Shown here in pieces: positions 14,500 through 29,326 of a stretch of 64,000 nt of DNA. Within the stretch, counting starts at the first letter, position 1. Each line of letters begins with the position of its first letter. A program made the position numbers and the translations under genes. The notes below the pieces were generated by a model. It saw nothing but the letters and a program-made list of their open reading frames with translations. It did no database searches and had not been told where the DNA came from. The stretch covers positions 1-64,000 of the forward strand of contig JBHGNT010000122.1 of NCBI GenBank assembly GCA_043228905.1, written 5' to 3'. Source of the DNA: Azolla caroliniana (Eukaryota; Plantae; Polypodiophyta).

Positions 14500-16400
14500 T
14501 TACTCTTTAATATAAAAAATCTCAATGTGAAAAAATGCATGCACATATGTGTTCATCCTTCTTGGTGGACATTTGAATATGTCATTTGCATTATCATGCC
14601 CCTCTAACAAGTCTTCATATTTTTTGCAAATTACCTTATAGGTTGAGCATGTGATAAGTAAATAATATTCACCCCCTGATAGGTTTTCGTTGCATACGTT
14701 ACATATCTTTATATTTGAGAAATGATGGTATGATGGTACCTCAACACCTAAATTGCGTGATCGAGTTTGATGAAGTGTTAAGGCTCTCGGAGAGCCAAGC
14801 CTCATGGGGGTAGTGAGATGAGATTCTTGGTGGACATTCGAGTGTCATGTACATAATCATGCCCTTCTAACAAGTCATCATATTTCTCACAAATTACCTT
14901 ATAGGTTGAGCACGTGATAAGCCAATGATATTCACCCTCCCCTAGGTTTTCACTACATACCTTACATTATCTTATTTGAGTGATGATGGCATGATGCTAC
15001 CTCAACACCTAATTTGTACGAGTGACTTTGAAGAAGTATTAAGGCTCTCAAAGAGCCAAGGCTCGTGAGGGTAGTGAGGTGACATTGGATATATTCTAAC
15101 ATGTTTACATTGAATTGGGGTCAATATTGGGGGTTACCATATGCATTGTAATATTCCAAATTTGACACTTTAATTGTAACCTCAAATAATTTAACCTCGA
15201 TGATCACGTACTTCATAGCATCACATGAGAGCTACAATAGATCCTTTACTCCCCATCTCTTTAATCGTTAAACAATGTGAAACACCCAACCATATGTGTT
15301 TGCTCTTATTAGTTGATTTACCTTGCATCCCATGTTCTAAGATTATTTTGGTAGTCTATGATCAAGCATTATTCATGACTTTTGTGATATATTTGTATAC
15401 TCTTTGCATGGTTAGTACCTCTATGGGTTGAGTACCTGTTTCCAATAACATGATAGGATAGGATGTTGGAGATTTTAACCCCCGATTGTCTAAATAAAAA
15501 TGATTTTTAGGATTTTATCTATTTAATTCCATGCACTAAGCGAGATAGTGTCACCCCACACTTCCATGCTATAAAGCAACACCACTCAAGACTACTATAA
15601 CATTGAACAACATCAATTTCATTTCCCATCCTCAAGTATCACTCTGGTTGCATTCATTCTCAACCATATAATAACTATTCTATCATGTTTTAAGCCTAGA
15701 CCCATAACCGACATTCCACCTATTTGTTGTTGGGACATTAATACCAAGATATTTGAAAATTTGCACCACTTGTATTCGTTCTCCCTTATATGTAAAAGTG
15801 GGCTAGTGTCTATCACCTTCATTGCTATCATTTTTGTTTTGTTAACATTAATAATTAGTCCAATACTTCAATTAAGTGTTTCATATCATTCGAATTATCG
15901 ACCATAAAACAATATCATAGGCATATAAGAACATGAAAATAAGCTCATGCGTGAGTTTTGGGTCATCCAACATTTTTGCTTTTGCAACCTTGTTTACTAT
16001 TTCTTCAAGTGAAAAGAGTTCCAAAGAGAGTGGGGCCCCTTGCTTGATCCCCATGTTTCTCAAAAAGGACTTTGAGAAAGCACTACCCATATATAATGTT
16101 AGGGCTTTCTCATATTTATTTTTTGTGAGCTTAAATATTTCGAGATGAGCCACGCCTTCTTCATCAAATTGACATATGAAACCAAAAACATTATATTTCA
16201 CATAATACATGTGAAAGTGTAGGGACTCTTGATGTTCAATAACTTTACCAATGAATGTTCTGATTGAGAGTGCACGTTGTGATTGGGAGAGAAATTCATG
16301 CAAGGATTAGGTTTGGTTGGAGATGAAAGTGGAAAGCATAATCAAATATGATCAAAGGCAAAGCATTGTACCAAAGTGTGATACCCAAACTCCCGAACTT
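14500..16400 (-). mobile_element. Degenerate non-LTR retrotransposon (LINE) fragment with a ~260-bp internal tandem duplication
   Basis: Broken RT motifs (GIKQGAPLS, FLYAYDIVL) and a C-terminal CxxC..EY.LLITC zinc-finger remnant. 14567-14820 is duplicated at ~14830-15080. Same family as the fragment at 46.8-47.6 kb. Confidence 0.75.
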
Positions 16401-16684
16401 GTTTCAAGCAAAGTGAGTATAGTCGTCGACCACTTGTGGCCCAATGCCCCATTTCACATTGTAATGTTTATGAGCTAAGTTGCACAAAAGCAATGGTTTA
16501 GATGATAAGCATTGGGATGGGCTCTAACATGTATGGATGTGTTCGAATATGGTTTTGTAATTAGGTGCAACATCTATAGTATTCAACAACCATTTGGATG
16601 TAGTTCCATCAAAGTCTATGTGAGGGACTCTTTTGAACCTTTAGAGAGAGAGAGAGAGAGAGAAAGAAAAAGAGAACTGAGATG

Positions 16685-17070
16685 GACATAGCTCAGTTGG
16701 TAAGGTCGCCCAATGGAGACCAGGTGTTCATGGTTTCAACCCCTACATTCCATAGTGGCATCTAGTGAAATAAGAGATATCATGGAGTAGTAAAGAGGTG
16801 AGAAAATTGGGTTTCGAACCCAAGATGTAGTGCTAGTAGTGTAAACAACTTACCACTAGGGTAAGCTAATTACAACAAAAAAGAAAGGGTTATTGTTAGA
16901 GTTCCACAATGGAGACCACAAGTGGTCATAGGTTCAACCCCTACATTCCACAATGGCATCTAGTGAAATAAGAGATACCTATGGAATAATAGAGAGGTGA
17001 GAAAATTGTGTTTCGACCCCAAGATGTTGTGTTAGTAGTGTAATGACTTACCACTAGGGTAAGCTAGCTA
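16685..17070. mobile_element. Two tandem copies of a tRNA-derived (SINE-like) repeat with convergent A/B-box modules; third, more diverged copy at ~17780-17960
   Basis: Plus strand: A box TAGCTCAGTTGG (16689-16700) and B box GGTTTCAACCC (16732-16742). Minus strand: B box GGTTCGAAACC (~16810-16820) and an A-box-like motif (16853-16868). All three copies share a CCCCTACATTCCA..TGGCATCTAGT core. Confidence 0.65.
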
Positions 17071-19866
17071 ATTACAATGAGATCGAGATCTATCTATATA
17101 TCTATCTATCTTTGCCCAGATGGATAAATTAAGAAAAAAATATAGGTTGTGATAGAGAGGCATGGAAGTTGAGCATTGAACCCAAGGCTTGGGATTGATG
17201 CTACAATATAAACCATTGGACCAAAATGTAGAGAGAGAATGAGAGATTATATGCGAATGTGTTAATTTAATTATCAATGATTAATATGGCAATGCAAATA
17301 CAAAACTCCCAAGAACATCTAGGGCCATATACCGATATTGGAACCTAAAGAAGCATACATATTCAATAAATTGAATCACAATGTAAATACCTAGCCTTCA
17401 AGCTTACATTAAACTTGGTATTACAAGTGAAAAACAAGTTATCACTAGAATTGGAAGTAAAATATGATTGGCATAGGTAGATATATGGCGGAATTACATA
17501 AAAACTAGACCACCCTTGATCTCACTATTCTTCCTTGAATTTGGAGATGACTTTTGATGGTAGACATGGAATGGAGTAAACGCATACATTAGAATGTTGA
17601 AAAGCACACTTATGCAACGTATGTGGATGCTAGCTCATGTAGGGATTGTTTCTTGTTAAGTATTCCATTTTTTTGATGGGCTTGGGAAATGTCCCTCTAC
17701 CTATGTAAGGAGGGGGGCAACAATACTATATTGTTTTTACATACAAATAATTTAACTATATGATTTACTAGAGAGTGTGTTATAGCTCAATTGATAAGGT
17801 TGTTTGATGAAGAAAAGAAGATTATGCATTCTACCCCTACATTCCACAATGGCATCTAGTAAATCAATGAAAAAAATGCATGATGTAATATAGGGATGTG
17901 TAAAAATCAAACCTTAACCCTAAGGCCTTGTGTTGGTAGTATAACAATTTACCATTAGAGAAGAGAGAGAATTAATCTCTAATTATGATAGAGGGAGAAA
18001 TGAGATAATGAATACATGCCGCCCAAATGATTTAGATTGCATCATAAATCCAACAAACTTCAAGTAGTTATACATATCCAAATCATTTTTAGGTTTTCGG
18101 GAGCTTGCATATATATATATATTTAAATCTATGGTACTTCAAAGTGTTTACTTTGAATCCAATTCGCTTACGAGGATTTAACTACATAAATCTAATTTAT
18201 AACAATAAACTTAATAAAGAAACCTTTACTCTCGAATACAACTACAATAATTAAATGTCCATTGCAAGGACCATATCATGCAATCAGGTTAATGGCTATG
18301 AGAATAGCATCTTCACATGAATTGGAAGTGAACGCCTAATCAAATAGCAAAAAATAATGCATGTGAAATAGAAAAAAAAGCTAGGAACAATAGGATTACC
18401 GAACTTCAGGTTATTTTTAACTACATTCATCTTTATTTGTGAAGCTTATCGAAGGGTTGATAAGAAATCATCAGCTTGGTCTTTTTAAGTTCTTGAACAC
18501 GCATTGCAAATTTCATAGGTTGGCACATTAAACACTCATTATACCACCATAATTTGGATTAAGTTTGTCATACCATCAATAATTCTTTGGCTTAGCATAT
18601 ATAGGTTTTAACACATGAAAGTAGATGAGATGTGACTACAATTATTTCCAAAACATAGGAATAAACAAAGCAACTTCAGTCATTTACTTCTAGGCTTGCA
18701 CATAATGACCTAGAATGAATTGAGATGAGCCAACCACTCATTTCTGAAACATAAGAATGGACAAAGTGATACGTTAGTTTACATATAGGCTTCTCGCACA
18801 TACCTCCAATGAAAAGTACTTTCCTGTCAAAGAGTATGTAAACCAAGTTCATATATTTGGAATCCATAGCTACTAATGCTATACAACTCAATCAATAAAC
18901 ATATACTTTATCCCTGTTGATAGTCTTTCAGTAAACATCACATCATACTTACCAGAAAATATATAATTTATTAATTTTGATACTATTTCACTAAGTATTG
19001 TATCATACTTGCGAAACCAGGAAATATATGCTTTATTAATTTTGATACTATTTCACTAAGTATTATATCATACTTACCAGGAAATATACACTTTTACATT
19101 AAGCGCTGTGTACTTGCCAACAAAATCTCCATTATATTGCATTCTTATTTGTTACAAAAAAAACAAAGGAAAAAATGCATCAAATCAATTTAGGGTTTTC
19201 CAAATTACAAACTCCCTTAGATTATTAATCCTTCTTAACAATGTTTGTAGTTTGGTTATCAAAGCACCAAACCTGATTTGTATATATAAACTCAATTTGG
19301 ATATTACATAATGTAAGGAGACTACACAAAAGTCTATCGATGTACCTGGAAAAGATAATTGATCCAATGCTGTAGTAGAAAACTAAAAAAGAGTCCATCT
19401 ACCACTCACTTTCATGTACACCAAACTTGAAGCTTCTACAACAAAGAATTTGAACACTCTCGATGACTTTTGAGAGAATACCAGGTAAGTTGTGTTTTAA
19501 AAATACGATTCCGTTTCTACATAATATAATCTCATGTGTGGATAGTTTCCCCCAGGATGTTTTATGAGCTACTTTGTAGTAAGAAGAGTGCTTTGCCTTT
19601 ATTACGAGACAAATTCACACATTGGTCTTTTTTTCTTATCAATCTAACGTTTGGACAGGTTTGTAGTGATGAGTTAGGTGGAACAAGGGAGCACTTGAAG
19701 TCACCTCCACTTTTATCCGGAACATCCCTTCTCATTTCATAGAGAAAGTGCCAAAAATAATAATCATGTGCTTATTTTAGAAGCAGATTTGAGGATCTCT
19801 TCTCTGTAACACCTTCTTGGCCTCAACAAAAACCAGAATAAGCTCTGAATAAAAATACATGAGTAA

Positions 19867-22800
19867 TCAAAAGAGAATCGACTTCATAATGAGTAGAAAG
19901 ATCATGAAGATACAAAGGCAGATGAGAATCATCACACATAGCACCATGCCCCCTTGCTTTTGGGTTCTTTCCGCCTGTATAGACCCACACAAATTTTATA
20001 CGTTAATTTATACAAAGTTTTTTTAAGTTTAGTCCTTCAATGAACTATTAATCATCTCAATATATTGGATGCAAATTACTACAAAGTCTCAGTTTCAACC
20101 CTACACAGTCTACAATATTTGGATGTAAGTTACTGCCAATGACTTTTAAGTTTGATCTATTAAATGGCCTCAATTGAGGATAGTAATTAATGAGGACTTG
20201 AAGTTTTGATGCTACATGATCTATTAGTATAATCAATTTTTTGATGTTAATTAATTTGAGGCTTTTTAGTTTAGAATCCTATATGATTGAAAATAATAGA
20301 CTCTTTGTAGCTTAGAGCTTTTAAAAATGGAAAACAATTTTTTACCCTTTCCAATTGCTTCACTCCTTGTTCAACTGATGATGCAACATTTTGTATATTG
20401 TAGTCTATACGATCAACGATTGTTCCCTAGAAGTAGCACCAAAAATACAATAAGATAATTCATTTTAGAGAAATTGTATTCAGCAAAAACATAAATTTAC
20501 TACCTGGTCTATCACCAACACAGATAAGTCTTTCATAATCTGTGCTAAATCATTCACTGACTCCACTATCTGTCTCACAAAATAAAAGATGCAACAAAAC
20601 ATCAATATTATAATTCAGTGTCATACATACCATTGGGTGTTGAAGAGAGATCACAGTTTTGAGAGGGACGTAACTTTTTAACATAAAAAAATGATATGCA
20701 TGCAACATTGTCTGACTATGAGAAATAACGAACTAATAAGAGACACAGAGAGAGACTTGTACACGATGGCAAAATGTAAGGTACCTGAATGATTTCCTTT
20801 TCTCGTTCAGCTGCTTGAGTATCCAGCCTTTTCACTTGGGACAAGTGTTGCCTGCTCTCAAACCTCTGTTCCTATATCATCACAAAGATGTCAAAATACA
20901 ACCCAGAAACTGAAAGATCTATCATATTGGTAAGGAAAAAATTTATGCTTATTTTTGTAAAAAGAGCATTTGAATCCTACCTGTATTCTATAGTGTATGA
21001 AAGTAAGATATTTAAAACACAAAACAGAAACTGAAGCTAAAATTTTATCGCCTATGCAATCATAAAGTAGTTCCCATCTCATGCCAACTTTTCTCTTATC
21101 AGTTGCAATGAGGATTTTAACATTATTCTGTAACAATATTGTAATTTGTAATCATTTAACATCAAACGAAAAAATTACAACAAATTAGAAATATCTCCAT
21201 GAGAAGATAACAGATATTAGATAGTTCTGGGCAGTATATGATTGATGCTTCCAGTTTCCAGCAGCAATCTGTTGTTGTGTGCAAGTATTTATTATGCAAT
21301 CACGATATTCTAACCAAGTTTTGTTCTCTTACACTAGAAAAGTAACACCAGGAGCTCTGAAGCATCATATGCCTTTAGGATATTCTCCTATTCCAACACG
21401 GATTGGTACCATTTTTACTATAGGCAGTTAAATTCTTGTGCAATTATTAAGCTTGTCACACTAATAAAATATGCTCTTCTAACAGTATACCTATTATATG
21501 CCAGAGAATCAAGTGGAATCATACCAAATCGTCATTGTCATCAATGAGGATAGATCTATGACCGTTCAAATCTACACCCAGGTCAGCTCCTGATGGAGTC
21601 TGCAAAGAAACCTCTGATTCAAAGATCACATACCCAACATATAAATACAACGGACTAGTAGACAACCAAAAATAGAGCAAGGATATACATCTTGTTGTTG
21701 TCGCAATCTTTCCAAGTACCCCTTCTGTTGTTTCCGAAACTCCATGGACAAAGATTGGAGATTAGTTGCTAAAGACCTCTGTTAGTAAACAAACTTGTAG
21801 ATGTAAGGAATAAGAATATTTACGAAAGAAAAAGAAAAAGGCAGACAAGGGTCTGATCCTCACCTGAACATTTTTCCTTAGGTTTGCATCTTCACCAGTG
21901 TCAGACCCAACAGATAACCGCTGAAGATTTTTTTCGCACTTCTTCAACTGAGTTGTGATTTCTCGGGTCAGTGATTCTATCATCTGCTGCTCCCCCTTGT
22001 TGTCACCAAAGATGGGCCTTAATGCCTTTGCATGGGCCTTCACCAACTCGTTCATTCTCGTGCGGGCTCTTTGCATGTCATCTGATATCTCTTCTGAGAT
22101 GTCCACCCATGCAGGTGGCAAACCCACTGTGACAGCTCCTGCCCTACACCGATTGTATTTTTCAAAAACATAAAATAAGATATGGTATATGATCTAACAA
22201 AACTCTTGATCATGTGCTAAAAGCTCCAGTTGCATTCCCATTAAAGCATATTGGAATGCATATTCCATGTTCAATGCATATACTGTTATCTTTTTGCCGT
22301 GTCTTGAGGATAGTGGAAACATGTGTTTGGTTTGGTATAAGAATTATGATTCACAAGCCAATGACTACTCAAAATGTTCAAATACAGCTCATCTATCAAA
22401 GAATTCAGTGTTTCCCTGTTTTTAAGCAGCGAAATTTAGAGCCACATTCCACTATAATTTATTGGATTTAAATAATTCTACTAAATCATTAGACACTCTT
22501 TAAAAAAAATCATGTCTCCACAAGTCTTGATGTTGAGATGCCAGCTGTGAAACTTGCTTACCCTAGGGCCTTAACACACAAATGTTTACCGTAATGCAGA
22601 TCTCTAAGGAATCACTTGGAAACAGTTGTAACTGCTTCCTTTGTCGTTCAAATCTTGCAGCTCCTGATGACTCCATAGGTCTTCAACAATTTAGCTTCTT
22701 TCACTGCACCTCGACCACCTGGACAAGCCAGACAGGACTATTTTATCCTTTTCTAACTGTCAATTGTCCTCACTTCGTCCACCTTCCAGTAGAGAAAACT

Positions 22801-24787
22801 GAACCTTATTGCAATCACAGCGACTTTGAGTGCATTTCTGTTAAATAGACACTCCCCTTTTCCTCCTTTTATGTGTCAATAATCCAAACACTACACATTT
22901 TGTTTCTTTTAAATGTTGATCATCTGAACTCCAAACAGAACACCTAACCTGTTTTGAGCTTCTTTGAGTGCATTTCTGTCGAGTAGATAGCTCCCTTTTC
23001 CTCCTTTTACATGTCAATAATCCAAACACTACACATTTTGTTTCTTTTAAATTTTGATCATCTGAACTCCAAACAGAACACCTAACCTGAACTTTTATAC
23101 ACGTGCCTCAGTGCTTTGGTGTTGAACCATTATTTATATCTCCCCTTCAATCAATCCAATGGGTTAACTCATTGTGTGAGTCTGAGTCAGCTTGTGTTGG
23201 AGTCCTCCCTTACAGATTGCCAAGTCTCACTCAGCCATCTACAAGACATGCTAATCCTAAGGAGCATTTTCAAAGTCAGATGTGACATCATCTCTCTTCA
23301 ATCAGATCTGGCTTTCATTCTATTGAGCCATGAAAAGCCAAAACTTATTGAGTCTCCAGCTCCCAATGAACTCATCAAAGTAGGGCCAAAAACTTGCATT
23401 CATAATCAATGGACTCTTCTCGAAATTGACTCATAGGCTGTAGATGTCCCTGCTTTGGGCTTGTTTTAATAATTGACTCATAGGCTGTAGATGTCCTTGC
23501 TTCAGGCTTGTTTTAGAAATTGGCTAGCTGGCTATTGTAACAACTAACTCCTGCGAGCGTAAATTCTCTAGTACTCATATACCAAACATGTGTATGAAGA
23601 GAAGGATCCCAAAGCAATCAAGCCTAGGTTGTTTATCATATGTTGATACCTACATTGTTGCTTTCAAGGTGCTCCCCTTGTGAGCATTCAGAAGTATGGG
23701 TTTTTCAGAAAAAAGAGAACTGTGTCTGAGTTTTCATCACTGTGACAACTCCTATTAAATTGCAACCCAATTCCTATCAGCCTCAAACACACTAATGTGA
23801 CAAGCTATATTTAAAGAGAAATTCCCTAGATGAGGAAATTACAATCTTCTAGCATAGACAAATGTATAATTGACCATTATAGTGTTTACAATATTGACAT
23901 TTTTAAAATGTTACGGGACTTGGTACAGGCAACCTCAATTTGACTCACTGACCACAGAAGATCAAATCATCTATGAAGCATCATGATCCTCTCAGATAAA
24001 AATATAGACCTTTTGAGTCTTATACCAATTCCTCTACATCAATCACAGCACTCCTTGTGTGACAAACTTGTGAGAGCAGAATTCTGTTGATGAGAAAATT
24101 AAAATATTCTAATGAACACAGATATGGACAGTTAATGTATATGCAACATTGAACATTCAAATGTTGGCAGTTCAGTAAAACTGGTTGAATCTTGATTTGG
24201 ATCTCAATGATCATAAAGGACATATAATGCATGAAGATCCTCTAAACATAGAGAGTGATGGAGAGTATAGATCTACTGCATCTCAACACAATTCAAACAT
24301 ACAGAGAGAGAGAGAGAGAGAGTATACATTGATTGAATCTTCTCGATTCCTAGCCTCCAAACATTACGTGAGTGTAGTCACAGTGTTTATCAACAATTAA
24401 CATATTTGCAAGATCGAAAAATTCTACCATTCTTAGATTGGTGATCACATATTATCTAAAAGGCATGAAAATCATCAAATTGAGTAAGGAAGAGGGAAAG
24501 ACTATAAAATTACAGAGAAATAGCAAAATAAACAATAGTGGTGAAGAGAGAGAGGGGGGGGAGAAAAAGGTATAGAACTCATACTGAGGATTGTCCATGT
24601 CCACCCCACTAACAATGCTATAGCCCGTCTTCTGGTTCATGAAAGGAGCAGTGGCAAGTTCAATGACGGGTCCTGATGAAGAAGGCATAACTGATGATGA
24701 TAATGATGGTGGATCAGATGAGAGTCGAACTTGGCGTAATGCATCTCTATACTTTCTGAAAACTGCAGTTCGATTCCTAGACGCCAT
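19867..24787 (-). CDS. Qa-SNARE syntaxin of the SYP4 group (SYP41/42/43-like, trans-Golgi network), about 8 exons
   Basis: MASRNRTAVFRKYRDAL N-terminus, GLPPAWVDISEEI Habc region, SNARE motif (EREKEIIQ..SVNDLAQIMKDLSVLVIDQ|GTIVDRIDYNIQNV) and C-terminal TM GGMVLCVMILICLCIFMIFLLIMKSILF*. Confidence 0.92.
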
Positions 24788-26265
24788 TCTTTTCTTAGAG
24801 CAAAAGAATCTCTTTATTTATTTGAAATTGAGCAACGATCAAGGACCTGATTTATCTTCCTTGTTTGAGCATAAAAAATAACAGTAACCCTAATCCTAAC
24901 CCTATTTCTGCTTCAGCATCAGTTCCTTTATTGTTATAAAAAAACCAACCCTTTTCCTTTCTTGTTATTAAAATACTAGCTCTAATTCTTCTTCAGGATC
25001 AATTCCTGAGATCAATTCAAAAAACCAAATCCGAACTCTAACCAAGCTCTGCCTCGGTAACAATTGCCTAAAATCCACCCAAAATCCTAACCCTCAGTCT
25101 GCTTCAGCATGAGTCCTGCGATCGATCCGAAACCCTAACCCTACTTCTACCTCAGAATCTATTCCTATGATCGAGCTTTAATTCCTTTGCGGATCTGATT
25201 GTTTTTTTCTGCTTCAGCAACACTAGTCCAGAACCTCTTACCCTATTTCTGCTTCTGTTTCTGCGTCTACGTAAAAAATTAGAGTCTTAATTTCGCTCCA
25301 TGAGATCCAAACCGATCACTAAACTTAATCCTGCTCCTTCATTTATTTCTGAGATCGATCCCCCCCAAAACAAAGGAAAAGAAGAAGAAGAAAAAACTAA
25401 AACTAACCCTAATTCTGCAGCGGCATCAATCGCCTGAGATCCGGCTATGGTGCCAGATCTCGTATTAAAGTCTGTCGAGAAGCAGGGGACTTGGGGGGAG
25501 GGACTGGCTTTGGAGCTTATGTGTTCCATTTGTCCGGTTTCACACTGGCCAGGACAAATTCATCCCGCCTAGGGAGGGCTTCTCCCGACAAAACAAAAAT
25601 TTACTCTCACGATTCGACCCGACAAACGGTCGTGGGTATTCATCCGAGAATGATGACGATTTCCGGATGTACAGTGAGAGCCGAGTGAGGTTTTCGTCTT
25701 TGCTCCCTCGCAGAGCTTTTTCTTCCCCGTGAAGAAAAACCCAAAGGATTATGAAATTTTGCATGCCATAGTTGTTGTTTTTACCCTGATTGTAGTTTAG
25801 TGTTTGGGATTTCTGAGAAAAGGAACCATATGGTTCTATGTTTAACACACGGATAATAATAACTGGCTATGTTGGAGAGGTTCATGTTTCTGGTCAAGTT
25901 CACATGACCATGATTGAAGTTTTTTGAACTACAAACTAGCAAGTGGATTCCCATCAAACTTGCGGACTAGTCACGAAGAAGCCAACATTAATCCTACCGC
26001 TTGATGTGAAAAAAGTTTCATCCCACGAGGAAACTATCGAGGCATCATGAAGTGAATGTAATGTACCCCATCTTCCAAGCCATCTCTTCAACATTTGAAC
26101 TTTTTTACTTGCTTCACTTGCAATTCTATGGGGTCAATGTGGGGGTTAAATTCTAATCCCAATCATGTACTCGACATCCCTCTATCTTCGTGATCTCAAT
26201 GGTAAATTATGTGGCTTGCATGAGTACAACCATGCATATATTATGTTTGTATCTTGCTGAGAGAG

Positions 26266-26314
<49 letters not shown>

Positions 26315-27805
26315 TTTGTTTATGTATGTATAGATTATTGTCCATTCTTCCAATCATAAACACTCTCATATGAACTTTGATTTGGAAAAAAACTATAGAC
26401 AAATTTGAAGTTTGTAATGACAACAAAGACATACGTAAATGTGTAGATTATTGTCAATTGTTCCATCTTCCGATCATAAACGCTCTCATATGAATTTTGA
26501 TTTGGAAAAAAAAAGTTAGAATTGAAGTTTGCAATGGCAACACATACATACTTAAAAACTAACTTTACAAGTTGTTGTGATAATTGACATGAGTTCATTG
26601 TCTTCATACAATATACAACTATCAATATAGTTCGTTGTTTCTTTGTGGTATCCACTTTTCAAACTATTGTGATAGTCATGACAAGTTCTTCATCTCCATT
26701 GGTGTCATGGTCGATAAGAGAGTTTTGAAGAAAATGTAGATGTATCATGTTAAAGGAACGAGTAACAAACTAAGTTGATAATGCCCAGTGAGTTGAAGGG
26801 GAACACTCAAAATAAATTAGAAACTTTTATGAAGAGTGATGCTTCTAATATTGAAAAGTGACTAGTAATTGAATATAGAGCTAAAAATAAGAAAGTCAAA
26901 GTTATAAAGTTGTTGAGAAGTGTTTTTACCCTAATTTTTATGTAAGTGGTGGTGCAAGTGTCCTAATTTTTATGTAGCAATATTCGAGAGAATCATTTCA
27001 TAAAATGAAACAGGCACAAAGAGTTCGATCTTGACCACCAAGTGATCACCTGCAATAATAGGAAAATCACCTTCGTGGGGGTGCTTGTCACCTTGACATT
27101 GACATTGACCGCAAACTTGACAACAACAAAACCTAATGAAAGGTCAAAAAATATATTTAAAGTTTATTGTCGACTTCTTTCGATTAAAATTACGATTCTA
27201 CAAGTGAAGCCAATTATACAAAGATTAATGTGTGAGACCTAAAGGACCATATGCACGAATTGTAACATAAAGCAACTACGAGTTGGTTGCAAAGTAATGG
27301 AGCATACTTCATGAAACTTCATGAACCATGCCTTGAAGGACGTTTTAGCTATAAAAACTTTATGCTATGATGGATGTGAGGAAAATAAATATTGTAGACT
27401 TGGAGTACAATTGAGGTATTGTATGTTTATTTACATGAAGAATATTGTTGTTCTTGGTTCATTTTATGGTGGGGCAAAATAGTGTGGACAAAGAATGCAA
27501 ATGCTAGGTTGAATGATTTAATTAAAAGATTGTCAAAGCAAACAAACAAAAGGATAAATTTGTCAAACCTTCTTGCCTTTTTCAATAACAAGTCATGTTG
27601 TCCTACACACACAATCAATGAAGTTCCAAAACATTTTGATGCAAGAGTGCTCAATCTTGGTTGAGGTGGAACCGAAGTTTTCATCCACATGTTTTGTTAT
27701 ATGACAAATCATAGAGTAGTCAAGCAAATTAATAATAGCCCCAAATGTAAGAGCATGATCAATATTGACAAATTACAATACATGATATAGAAATCTTGTA
27801 AATAA

Positions 27806-28366
27806 TGTGAGGATCGTGACCAGCCACAACCGGTTACTCGTACATATATTTGGGTGCAAAGAATCGACAATGACAATGCACAGACAGAGAACAAAAAATA
27901 CTAGAAAAAGAGAACACAGAGACACCAGATGTTTAACGTGGAAAACCCGAAAGGGAAAAACCACGTGGAGTTCACAAACTCCAAAACAGAATCACTATGA
28001 GGGAGGAGTACAACGAGAAGCTCGAGGCAACAACCTCAAGCTCTCCTTCATCTGAAAGACGACTGTAGAGTTGCTCACTCGTTAACTCACACACACACTC
28101 CCTCTCTCTTACTCTCAGTTGCTGAGACAACTACATTGTAACTATACAAGAATAATGATTCACTGTAACTACCAAAAAAGTTGCCCTAGTTGTATTTATA
28201 CATATACAACTTTCTGGCTATTTACATACATAGCCCACAAGGGGCACATTTAGACTATTTACATATATAGTCTCCCGTTTTTTATTTCGACCAAGGTCGA
28301 AATACTTATTGACTCCATCCAATTTGGTTCATTCTCTTCCCATCCAGAGGGACATGTTTCCCAACA
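27806..28366 (-). mobile_element. Solo LTR (Copia-type) with 5-bp TSD
   Basis: TG...CA ends with AATAA on both sides (27801-27805 and 28367-28371). The reverse complement (TGTTGGGAAACATGTCCCTCTGGATGGGAAG...) resembles the start of the LTR at 28900 (TGTTAGGTATTGTGTCCCTCTTGATGGGAG). Confidence 0.85.
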
Positions 28367-29270
28367 AATAAGACCATTACAAAATGATTTTCAAACATAA
28401 GAGACAATGTTGGTATGGTGCCAATTGAATTGTGGCTCTTTTGACAGTCAAAGCTTCAAATGTGGTAACTTTGGCCCCTTTTGTGGCAAAATGCCAATGC
28501 AGACTAGTAGTTGAGGTCCTTAATACTCCTCCAAATGATATTACATTGCCAAATAATGTAGTTCAAAAAAGACTACATTAGAAAAATAACTATGAATTAA
28601 TATTATGGCAAGGTGAAACATGTATTGGTTAAAAGGAGAAAAATGTAATCAAGGAATGAATACCTACCTTTGAGCCTCGAGGGAAACCTACTCATTTGCC
28701 AAACCTTCAAAATAGTTTCAACATGAGGATATCACGTGTTGCACTGAGGTAAGTGGAGGATTTTATATTGTCATGCTCCTTGTAGTGAGGGATACGTTGG
28801 AACTCGTGGTGATCTCAAAATAGGCATTTAGAAATTATTGATGTTCAAATTCATCAAGTATGATGCATGAAGTTGAGTAATGGAACACGTTCTAGTTATT
28901 GTTAGGTATTGTGTCCCTCTTGATGGGAGAAGTCGATGACCAAATTCTGGTCGGTCGGTTGATTTGGGGGTCGACTAGTCGGATTGACCAGATGGTTGAC
29001 CTATATATATGTATGTATGTATGTTTGTATATGTTTATTGGTCAACCGACTGGTTGGTTTGACCATCTGACCCATAGGTCAACCATTTGAAACCAGATCT
29101 GAAAGTGAGCACGCAAGCAATATAGAGTTGAGATAGTGTGAACTGTGTGAGAGACAACATGTAGAGACATAGTGAAGGAAGTGTCGAGATAGCGTGAGTG
29201 AAGAAGACGAAGTGAAGATAGAGTAGTAGCGAGAATGTTGAGTGTTTAACAGAAATTGTGTGAGCAAGAC

Positions 29271-29326
<56 letters not shown>

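Noticed and set aside
16685-16760. Functional tRNA gene
   Set aside because: A and B boxes are present, but the acceptor and anticodon stems do not pair well and the unit is part of a repeated, diverged element.
24886-25145. CCCTAA-like repeats near the syntaxin 5' end
   Set aside because: Short and degenerate, consistent with ordinary telo-box promoter/leader motifs rather than an interstitial telomere.
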